DNA of 64,000 nucleotides from assembly GCA_045805205.1 (NCBI GenBank), contig JBJMLR010000010.1, forward strand, positions 263,388 to 327,387, read 5' to 3'. Both the position numbers and the translations under genes were made by a program. The notes under the pieces were generated by a model. It had not been told where the DNA came from. It did not search any database and saw only the letters and a program-made list of their open reading frames with translations. Positions 9,898 through 18,619 of this stretch are shown here, piece by piece (the first letter of the stretch is position 1; each line of letters begins with the position of its first letter). This DNA is from Bacteroidia bacterium. GTDB taxonomy: Bacteria > Bacteroidota > Bacteroidia > 2-12-FULL-35-15.

Positions 9898-11444
9898 ACA
9901 AAGCGTCCGACAATCTTTTTCAGCTGATCAAATCGCTGAACAAATCTGAAAAAAGATATTTCAGCCTTTATGCATCGCGTCATACATTGGGAGAGAAGAA
10001 TAATTGTGCGGTGTTGTTTGAAGCGATCGACAAACAAAAGGAATACAATGAAGATGCGCTCCTGAAGCAATTTAAGAAAGAAGCATTCATCAATAAATTC
10101 TCGATCACGAAAGCACGTTTGTATGATACGATTCTTGACAGTCTTACAGCCTTTCATTCCTCGAGCTCCATCGATGCGCAGTTAAAACGGGATCTGCATT
10201 GTGCGGAGATCCTTTATAAGAAGACTTTATACATACAATGTTCAAAGCTGCTCAACAGCGCAAAAAAAATTGCGCTCAAATATGAACGTCATTCCTCTTT
10301 GCTGGAGATAAGTCTCTGGGAAAAGAAGCTGGTTGAAACGGAGAACTATTCCGGGAAGAAAGATGCTGATATTCTCCGCATGCTGGAGGAGGACAATATG
10401 ATCAATGAGAAGATCCGGAACTTCAATGAGTATTGGAACATCAAAAGCCGCTTTTTCACGATCCTGAACAAACAGGGAAAGGTGCGGAATGCTGAGGAGC
10501 TCCACCGTTTTAAAAAGATCATAGATAACACACTGCTGAAGGGAGAAGATAAAGCACTTTCCACCGAAACGCGTTACCTGTTCTATCACATATACAGCGC
10601 TTATTACTTCGGTATCGGTGAATATGCAAAGAGTTATCAGAATCTCGTGAAGAATGTTCAGCTCATCGAGTCGAATCCTGATATTTTTCGCGAAGAACCC
10701 AATATTTATTTCTCAGTTTTAACAAATGAGATCTATGTCGGCAGCCAGCTGAAGAAATACAAGGAGGTTTTTTCGAGCCTGAAAAAATTACGCTTAGCGC
10801 TGGTTGAATTTGAAAACGGAAAGAACGAGGATCTTGAAGTGAAGCTGTTTTCGAGCGCGATGAGCATTGAGCTTTCTATTTATATGCAGACCGCGGAATT
10901 TGAGAAAGGGATCGAGCTGGCGCCGAAGATCGAGGAGAAGCTGGCGAAATATCCGGGTAAGTTCACAAAGCTCAGGGAGGCGTATTTTTACTTTAATGTA
11001 GCGGCCATGTATTTTGGCGCTGAGAGATATTCACTTGCATTGAAGTGGATCAATAAATTGCTGAACAGCCCTAATTTTGAAGAGAGTGAGAATATCTATT
11101 GCTTTGCTCAGATCATGAGCCTGATCATCCATATCGAATTAAAGCATGATGATTTTGTGCCGACGGCTTTCAAGAGTGTATATCGTTACCTCAGCTCGAG
11201 GAACCGGGTATATAAATTCGAGAATGTGTTCCTGGACTTTATCGGGAAGATCCTGAAGACGACGAAAAGAGAAGAGCAGAATAAATATTACCGGGAGCTG
11301 AAAAATGCGCTGGTAGAGCTAAAGGACGATGCTTTCGAAATGGCGGCATTTGAATATTTTGATTTTATTTCCTGGGCGGAAAGTAAAGTTCAGAGAGTGC
11401 CGTTCAGGGTGATAAAGGAAGAAACTGCAGGGGAGATGAAATAG
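9891..11444 (+). CDS. Cytoplasmic all-helical (TPR-like) hypothetical protein, candidate transcription regulator
   Basis: Likely start MSNKASDNLFQLIKSLNKSEKRYF; no signal peptide; TPR-like segments (YFGIGEYAKSYQ, YFGAERYSLALKWINKLLN); divergent from T9SS cargo genes. Confidence 0.75.
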   Translation: MSNKASDNLFQLIKSLNKSEKRYFSLYASRHTLGEKNNCAVLFEAIDKQKEYNEDALLKQFKKEAFINKFSITKARLYDTILDSLTAFHSSSSIDAQLKRDLHCAEILYKKTLYIQCSKLLNSAKKIALKYERHSSLLEISLWEKKLVETENYSGKKDADILRMLEEDNMINEKIRNFNEYWNIKSRFFTILNKQGKVRNAEELHRFKKIIDNTLLKGEDKALSTETRYLFYHIYSAYYFGIGEYAKSYQNLVKNVQLIESNPDIFREEPNIYFSVLTNEIYVGSQLKKYKEVFSSLKKLRLALVEFENGKNEDLEVKLFSSAMSIELSIYMQTAEFEKGIELAPKIEEKLAKYPGKFTKLREAYFYFNVAAMYFGAERYSLALKWINKLLNSPNFEESENIYCFAQIMSLIIHIELKHDDFVPTAFKSVYRYLSSRNRVYKFENVFLDFIGKILKTTKREEQNKYYRELKNALVELKDDAFEMAAFEYFDFISWAESKVQRVPFRVIKEETAGEMK

Positions 11445-11454
11445 GACCGGTGGG

Positions 11455-11494
11455 AAAAAGTAGAGGCGACACTCGCTCTCAAAAGTGCCGCCTC
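11455..11494 (-). terminator. Rho-independent terminator for the small minus-strand ORF (possibly bidirectional)
   Basis: GAGGCGGCACT..AGTGTCGCCTC stem followed by TACTTTTT on the minus strand. Confidence 0.7.
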
Positions 11495-11542
11495 CGGGTC
11501 TAAACTAAAAACTAAACAAACAAACTAAACTCTAAAGTTATC

Positions 11543-11668
11543 TCAGATCGAATTATAGATGCTGAAGAAGATGATCGATACGGTTGCAATCGCTAACAGT
11601 ACGGTTACGGTTCCGATACCTTCCTGGTGGTATGTATGACCGTGGCGGATTGATGTTTTTCTGTTCAT
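11543..11668 (-). CDS. Small 41-aa single-transmembrane peptide (below the ORF-track cutoff)
   Basis: MNRKTSIRHGHTYHQEGIGTVTVLLAIATVSIIFFSIYNSI*; AT-rich leader AACCAATTTAAATTTCAAAGCC; own terminator. Confidence 0.65.
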   Translation of the reverse strand: MNRKTSIRHGHTYHQEGIGTVTVLLAIATVSIIFFSIYNSI

Positions 11669-11769
11669 GGCTTTGAAATTTAAATTGGTTGATTCAAGTA
11701 AAATTGTTGCCATCGTATTAAAGTTTTAATTCTTATATGAATTTCCTTTCGGAATTAATTTCTGAAGTA

Positions 11770-11845
11770 AGGTGCGGGCGTTTGCCTATTAATTTAAACA
11801 ACATCCCCATGTGCCAATTAATTTTGCTGCAAACCTCCCACACCT
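11770..11845 (-). ncRNA. Putative structured RNA hairpin, copy 3, upstream of the small peptide gene
   Basis: Minus strand AGGTGTGGG-AG-GTTTGC-AGCAAA-ATTAATT-GGC-ACATGGGGATGT-TGTTTA-AATTAAT-AG-GCAAAC-G-CCCGCACCT; different stem, same apex. Confidence 0.55.
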
Positions 11846-11926
11846 GCTCTTATTCTAAACACTATTTGAATGAACTTCTGGTCAATATTACGCCGGAAAT
11901 CAATGGAAGGATAGCCACAATGAGCG

Positions 11927-11992
11927 AGTGGCAGGTTGGATTATTTAACGGTAGGAAATAAAATTTAAACGGTGAAAGGGCTTGAGGAGTGG
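11927..11992 (-). promoter_or_regulatory. Phased direct repeats, candidate LytTR binding sites
   Basis: AGTGG 11927, AACGG 11947, AACGG 11968, AGTGG 11988 (spacing 20/21/20 bp), directly downstream of the LytTR gene. Confidence 0.5.
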
Positions 11993-12013
11993 CAAATGGA
12001 TTATTGTAACTAC

Positions 12014-12766
12014 CTATAAATGAGACAGTTTTTCTAAGAAGTCTGTTTTGTTGCGTCGGGAGACCTCCACCTGGGAGTTATCCGTCATCACTACGTAGCC
12101 GCCTTCTCCCTTAATGTATTTCTTTACATGCTCAAGATTGATGAGATGTGAGCGGTGGATCCGGAAGAAGTTATCATCTGCAAACATTTGCTCGTATTCC
12201 CCGAGCGTTCTTGATGCGATAATTTTCTTACCGTTCGTCAGGATAAAGAAAGTATAATTCCCGTCGGAATCACACCGGATGATATCGGAGAGATTAATAA
12301 AGATCAGTCCGTCTCCATCGGGTATGCCAACCTTTTTTAATTTATTTTCCGTGCGAACGTTGGATAGCAGTGCTTTGAACTGCTTATCCAGTGTATTGTT
12401 CTTCTGGCCGTTTCGTTCTTCAAATCTCTTTACTGCCAGCACCAGCTCTTCGGGATCGATCGGTTTGAGGATATAATCCACCGCGCTGAACTTGATCGCT
12501 TTGATTGCATAATGATCATAGGCTGTGGTAAAGATGATGTTAAAATTGATCTCCTTGAATTTTTCCAGCAGGTCGAATGCATTTCCGTTGGGCATTTCAA
12601 TATCGAGGAATACAAGATCGGGAGCCTTATTGGTGATTGCTTCAAATGCGGCGAGCATCGAATCAACTTTCGCGACAACCTCCACCTGCTTGCAGTTTTT
12701 TTCCAGCATTTTTGAAAGTGATTCCCGTGCACCTAACTCGTCGTCAACAATAATAGCTCTGATCAT
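12014..12766 (-). CDS. LytTR family response regulator
   Basis: REC domain (IIVDDE, LVFLDIEMP, FTTAY, DYILKP) plus LytTR domain (FFRIHRSHLIN, VSRR). Confidence 0.95.
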   Translation of the reverse strand: MIRAIIVDDELGARESLSKMLEKNCKQVEVVAKVDSMLAAFEAITNKAPDLVFLDIEMPNGNAFDLLEKFKEINFNIIFTTAYDHYAIKAIKFSAVDYILKPIDPEELVLAVKRFEERNGQKNNTLDKQFKALLSNVRTENKLKKVGIPDGDGLIFINLSDIIRCDSDGNYTFFILTNGKKIIASRTLGEYEQMFADDNFFRIHRSHLINLEHVKKYIKGEGGYVVMTDNSQVEVSRRNKTDFLEKLSHL

Positions 12767-12783
12767 AACAATGTTTTTAGTTC

Positions 12784-15753
12784 TTAATCATTTTCATTGG
12801 TATCCAGCGGGATGATCAATCTTACTTTTGTGCCGGATGCTTTACCGTCCTCAAAAAGGTCGATGATCTCTGCATAGATATTACTGTTCAGACTGGAGTT
12901 CAGAATATCCAACCGTTCCTTCGTGATGCTCATCCCCATCGATTTATGCTGCTGAACCCTGTTCTTTTTGAATTCGATCGATCTCCCTCTTCCGATCCCA
13001 TTATCTTCAACAGTGCAAAGGATCGTGTCTCCCTGTTTTTGTAAAGTTATTGAAATTTTTCCGTTTCCGCCTTTCGGGAGCAAACCGTGAATAATTGCAT
13101 TTTCCACGTACGGCTGGATCAGCATTGACGGGATCCGGTCGTATGTTTGATCGATCGCAGGATCGACGGAGATCGTATAAATAAATTTCTTGTCGAAACG
13201 CATTACTTCGAGCTCAAGATACAGCTCAAGCGCATTGATCTCTTCTGAAACCGCGATCACCGGCTGCTTGGAATTGTCCATGATCCTCCGCATGAGCTTT
13301 GCAAACTTTGAAAGGTATTTCAGGGCGGCATCGGTATCGCTGTTCGAAATATAATGCTGGATCGAGCTAAGTGTGTTGAAAATAAAATGCGGGTTCATCT
13401 GAGCCCTCAACGCCTGGGACTCGATATTTGCGATCTTCTTGTTCAATTCGGTTTTCGCCTTTTCTTTCAATTTGATCCGGCGGATCCTGATCCGGATGGA
13501 GAAGATCAGTGCAAGCAATATAAGAGTGCTGGAGCTGATCATAAAGAACCATGTTTTCCAGAACGGCCGTTCAATGGTAAAAGTAAACTCAGCAGGCTTC
13601 TTGTTCCAGATGCCTTCGTTGTTAGAGCTCTTTACTCTGAATGTATATTTTCCCGGAGGCAGATTGGAATAGGTTGCAAACCGGTCCTTTGTGGGCGGCG
13701 ACCAGTTCTTTTCAAATTCGTCAAGGATATGTGAGTACTTTACCTTTGACGGGTTGGTAAGACAAATTCCGGAATAGCTGAAGGTGATATTATTGTCGTC
13801 GTAATCAAGGTGGACATTGTTGGTCAGGACCGTATCCTTGTAAAACAGGCGGAATTGAGTAATGCTGATCTTCGATTCAAAGTTATTCGGAATATATTCC
13901 TTCGGATCATACTTGATCAGTCCGTAAACCGTACCGAACCAGATGGAGCCGTCGTTGTCGATGAATGTTCCATTGCCGTTACATTCCACGCCTGAAAAGC
14001 CGTCATTTTTTCCAAACTGTACAATGTCCTTTACTCCTTTATTGCGATACTCATCAAAATCGATCCGGTTAAGACCTTGATTTGTTCCGACCCAGATCTC
14101 ATTTTGAGATTTTCCAAAGGTTAGTGAGTATACGAGGTCGGAGCTCATTCCATCTTTCTGTCCGAATTTTACCGGTTTTTTTTCCGGGTCGAGAGGATCG
14201 ATGATCCAGAGGCCATCAAGCGTTCCGAGGTAGAGCGATCCTTGCTTATCTACAAGAGAAGCAAGATAAGAGTCATTTTTAAGGCCGCGTTCTTTGCTGC
14301 ATTCCGTAAATGTGGTCCCGTCATACCGGATCAATCCGCCCAGGTAGCTTCCTATCCAGAGGTTTCCTTTTTTGTCTTCAGCGAAAGTCCACACATCAAA
14401 TTTTTCGATCAGACCTTTGAGTGGATAGCAGGTGAACTTTGTACCGTCAAACCGGAACACTTTTGAGTTGCTTCCGAACCACAGATTATTTTTTGAATCC
14501 TTATAGATGACATTGATCGCATCATGCCATACGGATGAAGTATCATTTTTCTTTGAAAATCTATTCCCATCCCAGATCCTTAACCCGCTTTCAGTTCCGA
14601 GCCAGAGAATTCCGGGAGAATACTCATAGATCATATTCACGCTGCTGGCATCAAGACCATTGCTCCTGTCATAATGAATGAAGCCATCGTTCTGATCGTA
14701 GCGATACAATCCACCCTGTGATCCTACCCATAAATTTCCTTTTGCGTCACGATGAATACCGTATATGAAGTTATTGGTCAGGCCATCGTGAATACCATAA
14801 GTGATGAAGGGATTTCCACGGTACTTAAAAAGTCCGGCATAAGTTCCGATCCAGAGATTATGTTCAAAGTCTTCATAGAAGCAGCTCACCAGGTTGCTAT
14901 TCTGATCGCGCTTGATCAGGTATTTTGTGAAGTGCTCCTTTTCGAATTTTACCAGGCCTTTACCTGTTCCGATCCAAAGTACATTCTTGTAATCGACGAG
15001 AACACATCGCGCATCATTGTCAGGAAGCCCCTGATCCTGGTTGTAGCACAAAAATGTATTGTTTCTGAACCGGCAGATCCCGTTGGGGGTTGCTATCCAG
15101 ATATTTCCATCCTGGTCCTGTGTGATGGAATTGATCACATTCGTAGAAAGACCGTTTTTTGTGCTGAGACTGAGGAATTTTTTTCCGTCAAAAACAGTAA
15201 TGCCTTCCGTTGTTCCGATCCATACATTTCCGGCTTTATCCTGGAACAGGCATTTTACGGTGTTCCCGATAAGTCCGTTTACCCGGGAAAAATTAATGAA
15301 GGCGCCACCGCTGAGCCTGGAGATCCCTTTGTCGGTTCCGAACCACAGATCGCCTTTCTTATCGCGGAGTGAAGTGGTGACCGCGTTGCTGATCAGTCCG
15401 TTCTTTTCCGTAAAGCTGGTGAAGGTCTTTCCATCGTATTTATTGATCCCGCTGATGGTCCCGATCCAGAGATTTCCCAGGCTGTCCTCATTAATGGTGG
15501 TGACAAGGTGATTGAGTAGTCCTTCATTAGGAGAAAAATTGGTAAAGGAAATCCCGTCGAATTTACTGAGGCCGCCATATCCGCCGCTCCAAAGATTTCC
15601 TTTGCTATCCTGGAAAACGGTTGACACGTTTATGAAGGGTAATCCGTCTTCCACGGAATAATTCCGGAAGAAGGTAGATTGTGCACTGCTTTGTTCTGAG
15701 AGGAGGAGTGCGATAAAACAAAAAAGAAAGACGATTCTCTTCTTAATGATCAT
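12784..15753 (-). CDS. LytS-type sensor histidine kinase with periplasmic beta-propeller and Y_Y_Y domains
   Basis: Likely start MIIKKRIVF at 15753; D..G.LW.GT..G repeats; YSNLPPGKYTFRV; TM helix; ALRAQMNPHF, QPYVENAIIHG, DNGIG. Confidence 0.93.
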   Translation of the reverse strand: MIIKKRIVFLFCFIALLLSEQSSAQSTFFRNYSVEDGLPFINVSTVFQDSKGNLWSGGYGGLSKFDGISFTNFSPNEGLLNHLVTTINEDSLGNLWIGTISGINKYDGKTFTSFTEKNGLISNAVTTSLRDKKGDLWFGTDKGISRLSGGAFINFSRVNGLIGNTVKCLFQDKAGNVWIGTTEGITVFDGKKFLSLSTKNGLSTNVINSITQDQDGNIWIATPNGICRFRNNTFLCYNQDQGLPDNDARCVLVDYKNVLWIGTGKGLVKFEKEHFTKYLIKRDQNSNLVSCFYEDFEHNLWIGTYAGLFKYRGNPFITYGIHDGLTNNFIYGIHRDAKGNLWVGSQGGLYRYDQNDGFIHYDRSNGLDASSVNMIYEYSPGILWLGTESGLRIWDGNRFSKKNDTSSVWHDAINVIYKDSKNNLWFGSNSKVFRFDGTKFTCYPLKGLIEKFDVWTFAEDKKGNLWIGSYLGGLIRYDGTTFTECSKERGLKNDSYLASLVDKQGSLYLGTLDGLWIIDPLDPEKKPVKFGQKDGMSSDLVYSLTFGKSQNEIWVGTNQGLNRIDFDEYRNKGVKDIVQFGKNDGFSGVECNGNGTFIDNDGSIWFGTVYGLIKYDPKEYIPNNFESKISITQFRLFYKDTVLTNNVHLDYDDNNITFSYSGICLTNPSKVKYSHILDEFEKNWSPPTKDRFATYSNLPPGKYTFRVKSSNNEGIWNKKPAEFTFTIERPFWKTWFFMISSSTLILLALIFSIRIRIRRIKLKEKAKTELNKKIANIESQALRAQMNPHFIFNTLSSIQHYISNSDTDAALKYLSKFAKLMRRIMDNSKQPVIAVSEEINALELYLELEVMRFDKKFIYTISVDPAIDQTYDRIPSMLIQPYVENAIIHGLLPKGGNGKISITLQKQGDTILCTVEDNGIGRGRSIEFKKNRVQQHKSMGMSITKERLDILNSSLNSNIYAEIIDLFEDGKASGTKVRLIIPLDTNEND

Positions 15754-16795
15754 TCTTTTTAAGGAGTGAGTCCCAGCCTTGGGCAGTAAGGGGATGTACG
15801 GTTCCGCCTTTTGAAATGAGATTGGTCCCATCTTTTGCGGCGGTCATATGCCCGATAACGGTGATATCGGGATTTGCTTTTATTTTTGGAAAATCCGACT
15901 GATCGATGGTGAACAGCAGCTCATAATCTTCTCCCCCGCTCAATGCGCATAGGGTCGGATCGAGATTGAATTCGCGGGCAGCATTGTATGCAGAAGGATC
16001 GATCGGAATTTTTTCTTCATAAAGATTGCATCCTAAACCGGATTGTGTTGCAATGTGAAGGACCTCGGAAGCGAGTCCGTCGGAAATATCGATCATCGCA
16101 GTGGGTTTTACTTCAAGCTTTTTCAGCAGTTCAGGAATGTCTTTTCTTGCTTCCGGTTTCAGCTGGCGCTCGAGGATATAATCGTTGCCTTCGAGATCAG
16201 GCTGAACACCGGGTGTTTCCATAAAGATCTGTTTTTCGCGTTCCAGCAGCTGAAGCCCGACATAGGCAGCGCCGAGGTCTCCGCTCACGCAAAGCAGATC
16301 GCCCTCTTTAGCAGTGTCACGATATACAAGGTCGTCCTTGTCCGCTTCACCGATCGCAGTAATGCTGATGACGAGTCCGCTCCGGGAGCTGGTAGTATCA
16401 CCGCCAACGATATCGACCTTATGTTTTGCTGCAGCGAGCATAAGTCCCGAATACAGCTCTTCAAGCGACTCTACAGAAAAGCGGTTCGAAATGCCTAATG
16501 ACACGGTGATCTGTTTTGGAGAAGCATTCATTGCATAAATGTCCGACACATTTACCGAAACGGCTTTAAAGCCGAGATGTTTCAGAGGGACATACGAAAG
16601 ATCAAAATGAACCCCCTCGATCAGCATATCAGTGCTTACTACCGTTTGTTTGCCTTTAAAGTCGATCACGGCAGCATCGTCGCCGATCCCTTTTACAGTA
16701 CTTTCATTCTTGATCTCAATGAATTGGGTCAGGTGTTTTATGAGGCCAAATTCGCCAAGGTCGCTCAACTCCGTCCGGTTGGTATTTTCAAGCAT
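15743..16795 (-). CDS. thiL: Thiamine-monophosphate kinase
   Basis: GEFGLI, GIGDDAAV, NVSDIYAM, VGGDT, IDISDGLASE, GGEDYELLFT. Confidence 0.95.
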   Translation of the reverse strand: MLENTNRTELSDLGEFGLIKHLTQFIEIKNESTVKGIGDDAAVIDFKGKQTVVSTDMLIEGVHFDLSYVPLKHLGFKAVSVNVSDIYAMNASPKQITVSLGISNRFSVESLEELYSGLMLAAAKHKVDIVGGDTTSSRSGLVISITAIGEADKDDLVYRDTAKEGDLLCVSGDLGAAYVGLQLLEREKQIFMETPGVQPDLEGNDYILERQLKPEARKDIPELLKKLEVKPTAMIDISDGLASEVLHIATQSGLGCNLYEEKIPIDPSAYNAAREFNLDPTLCALSGGEDYELLFTIDQSDFPKIKANPDITVIGHMTAAKDGTNLISKGGTVHPLTAQGWDSLLKKNDH

Positions 16796-16927
16796 TTTCT
16801 TTCTATTATATAATTGTAAAAATAAGGCTTAAAAATGAATGCCGCAAAACTAAACGCGTGCTCTGCTTCAATATTTTGACATGTCCGTTTTTTAGCTAAT
16901 TTTAGGACTCCAACACAATCTGAGCAT

Positions 16928-18616
16928 ATGTCAAAAAAGGAGAAGCAGGCTGCGCCGGTAAAAAAGGAAAACCTGAGAGGTATTCCAAAAGGTGATCTGC
17001 TGGACCGCATGAATATGTGGTTTGAAAAAAACGACAAGAAAGTGTTTTATACATTTCTTTTCCTTTCCACATTATTTTCTTTATTGTTGTTCGATGCGAA
17101 GGTATCTGATGGGGGGGACGATTCTTCCTATATTGAAAGAGCCTGGTCGCTTTTGCATGAAGGAAAATTCCCTTATTACCAGGGGCCGGGTTATCCCATC
17201 TTCCTTTCCGTATTCGTGAAAATGTTCGGACTGAATATGGTCGCGCTGAAATTTTCCTCTTTGCTTTGTCAATTTGGCTTTGTTTGGTTCACATACAAAA
17301 CATTTGTGAAGCGCGTACCCTATACTGTTCTTGTAGCGCTTCTTTCATTCATTTCAGTCAATGCATACATACAGTATTACGCAAGCCAGACGTTCACGGA
17401 AACTTTTTTCCTTTTTCTTCAATCGGTTTGTTTTTATGTCTTTTTCAGGATCCTCGACAGTATTGAAGAGGGAACCGGACTCCTGGAAGAAGCGAAAAAG
17501 AACTATCTGAAATGGATCGTGTTCGGCATCCTGTTTGTTGCGCTGTCGATCTCCAAAAGTATCGCGATCATCGCCATCATTCCGGTGTTTGGTTATCTTT
17601 TGTTAAAGCGGCATTACAAGCAGGCATTCTTTGCACTCGCAGCTTTTCTTGTTATCCGGATTATCTATAACCTTATCACTTCGTCGATCTACGGTCCACC
17701 GGATGCGACGCAGTTCGAGCAGATCCTGCGCAAGGATCTCTACAAACCGGAATTGGGTCATGAGGACGTTTCAGGCTTGATTGACCGCTTCTTCAAAAAC
17801 TTTGACCTATACATGTCGCTGCATATTTACCGGATCATGAATCCGCTTTACAAGCGATTGTATGTAGCGGAGGACATAGTGCCCTCGCTGGCCTATCTTA
17901 CGTCTTTGATCCTGGGGATATTCACCTGGATCAGTTACAAACGAAACACGTATATCTTTTTTGTGACTTTTTACACCTTAATGCTTTGCTTTGGTATCTT
18001 CATTGGTATTCAGTGGCTGAACATGCAGGACCGTCTGATCATTATCGCTGTTCCTTACATCTTTATGCTTTTCTTTTTTGGCTTTTACATGCTGGCAAAA
18101 CGTGTGGCCGGTCTGCAATTTGTGTTCATCGCAATTGCAGTGATCATGTTGCTGGTGAATTTGAAATACTCTCTCGCTGACAAGGTGATCGGTGAGAAAA
18201 AGATCACTGCGCTGAAAAAGAACCTGGCCGGCGATGTATATTACGGCTATACTCCCGATTGGGAGAACTTCCTGAAGATGAGCCGCTATTGTGCGGATAG
18301 TTTGCCTGCGGATGCACAGGTGATCTCAAGGAAGCCGGCCATGTCATTCATATACGGTAATGGAAAAAAATTCGTCGGTCAGTACATTGTCACGAGCATG
18401 AATGCCGATACGGTGCTGATGGACTGGAAAAAGGAAAATGTAAAATATGTGATCCTGGCCAATCTCAGGATGAACCCTGCGAAAAACAACGGAAGAGTGA
18501 TCAATACGATCCACCGGATGCTGGGTCCTGTTTACCAGGCGTATCCTCAAAAGCTGAAGCTGGTGAAATCGATCGGTACGACTGAAAAAACGGAATTGTG
18601 GGAGATCAATTATTAG
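16928..18616 (+). CDS. Multi-pass membrane glycosyltransferase (GT-C, ArnT/PMT-like)
   Basis: GGDDSSY acidic motif after the first TM helix, PGYPIFL, many TM helices, periplasmic C-terminal domain. Confidence 0.65.
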   Translation: MSKKEKQAAPVKKENLRGIPKGDLLDRMNMWFEKNDKKVFYTFLFLSTLFSLLLFDAKVSDGGDDSSYIERAWSLLHEGKFPYYQGPGYPIFLSVFVKMFGLNMVALKFSSLLCQFGFVWFTYKTFVKRVPYTVLVALLSFISVNAYIQYYASQTFTETFFLFLQSVCFYVFFRILDSIEEGTGLLEEAKKNYLKWIVFGILFVALSISKSIAIIAIIPVFGYLLLKRHYKQAFFALAAFLVIRIIYNLITSSIYGPPDATQFEQILRKDLYKPELGHEDVSGLIDRFFKNFDLYMSLHIYRIMNPLYKRLYVAEDIVPSLAYLTSLILGIFTWISYKRNTYIFFVTFYTLMLCFGIFIGIQWLNMQDRLIIIAVPYIFMLFFFGFYMLAKRVAGLQFVFIAIAVIMLLVNLKYSLADKVIGEKKITALKKNLAGDVYYGYTPDWENFLKMSRYCADSLPADAQVISRKPAMSFIYGNGKKFVGQYIVTSMNADTVLMDWKKENVKYVILANLRMNPAKNNGRVINTIHRMLGPVYQAYPQKLKLVKSIGTTEKTELWEINY

Positions 18617-18619
18617 CTC

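Noticed and set aside
7606-11845. Hairpins as ordinary intrinsic terminators or CRISPR repeats
   Set aside because: No U-tracts, two copies are in 5' leaders, and the copies are kilobases apart with no spacer array.
11737-11961. 74-aa plus-strand ORF
   Set aside because: No recognisable protein features; it overlaps hairpin copy 3 and the phased repeats, which explain the region better.
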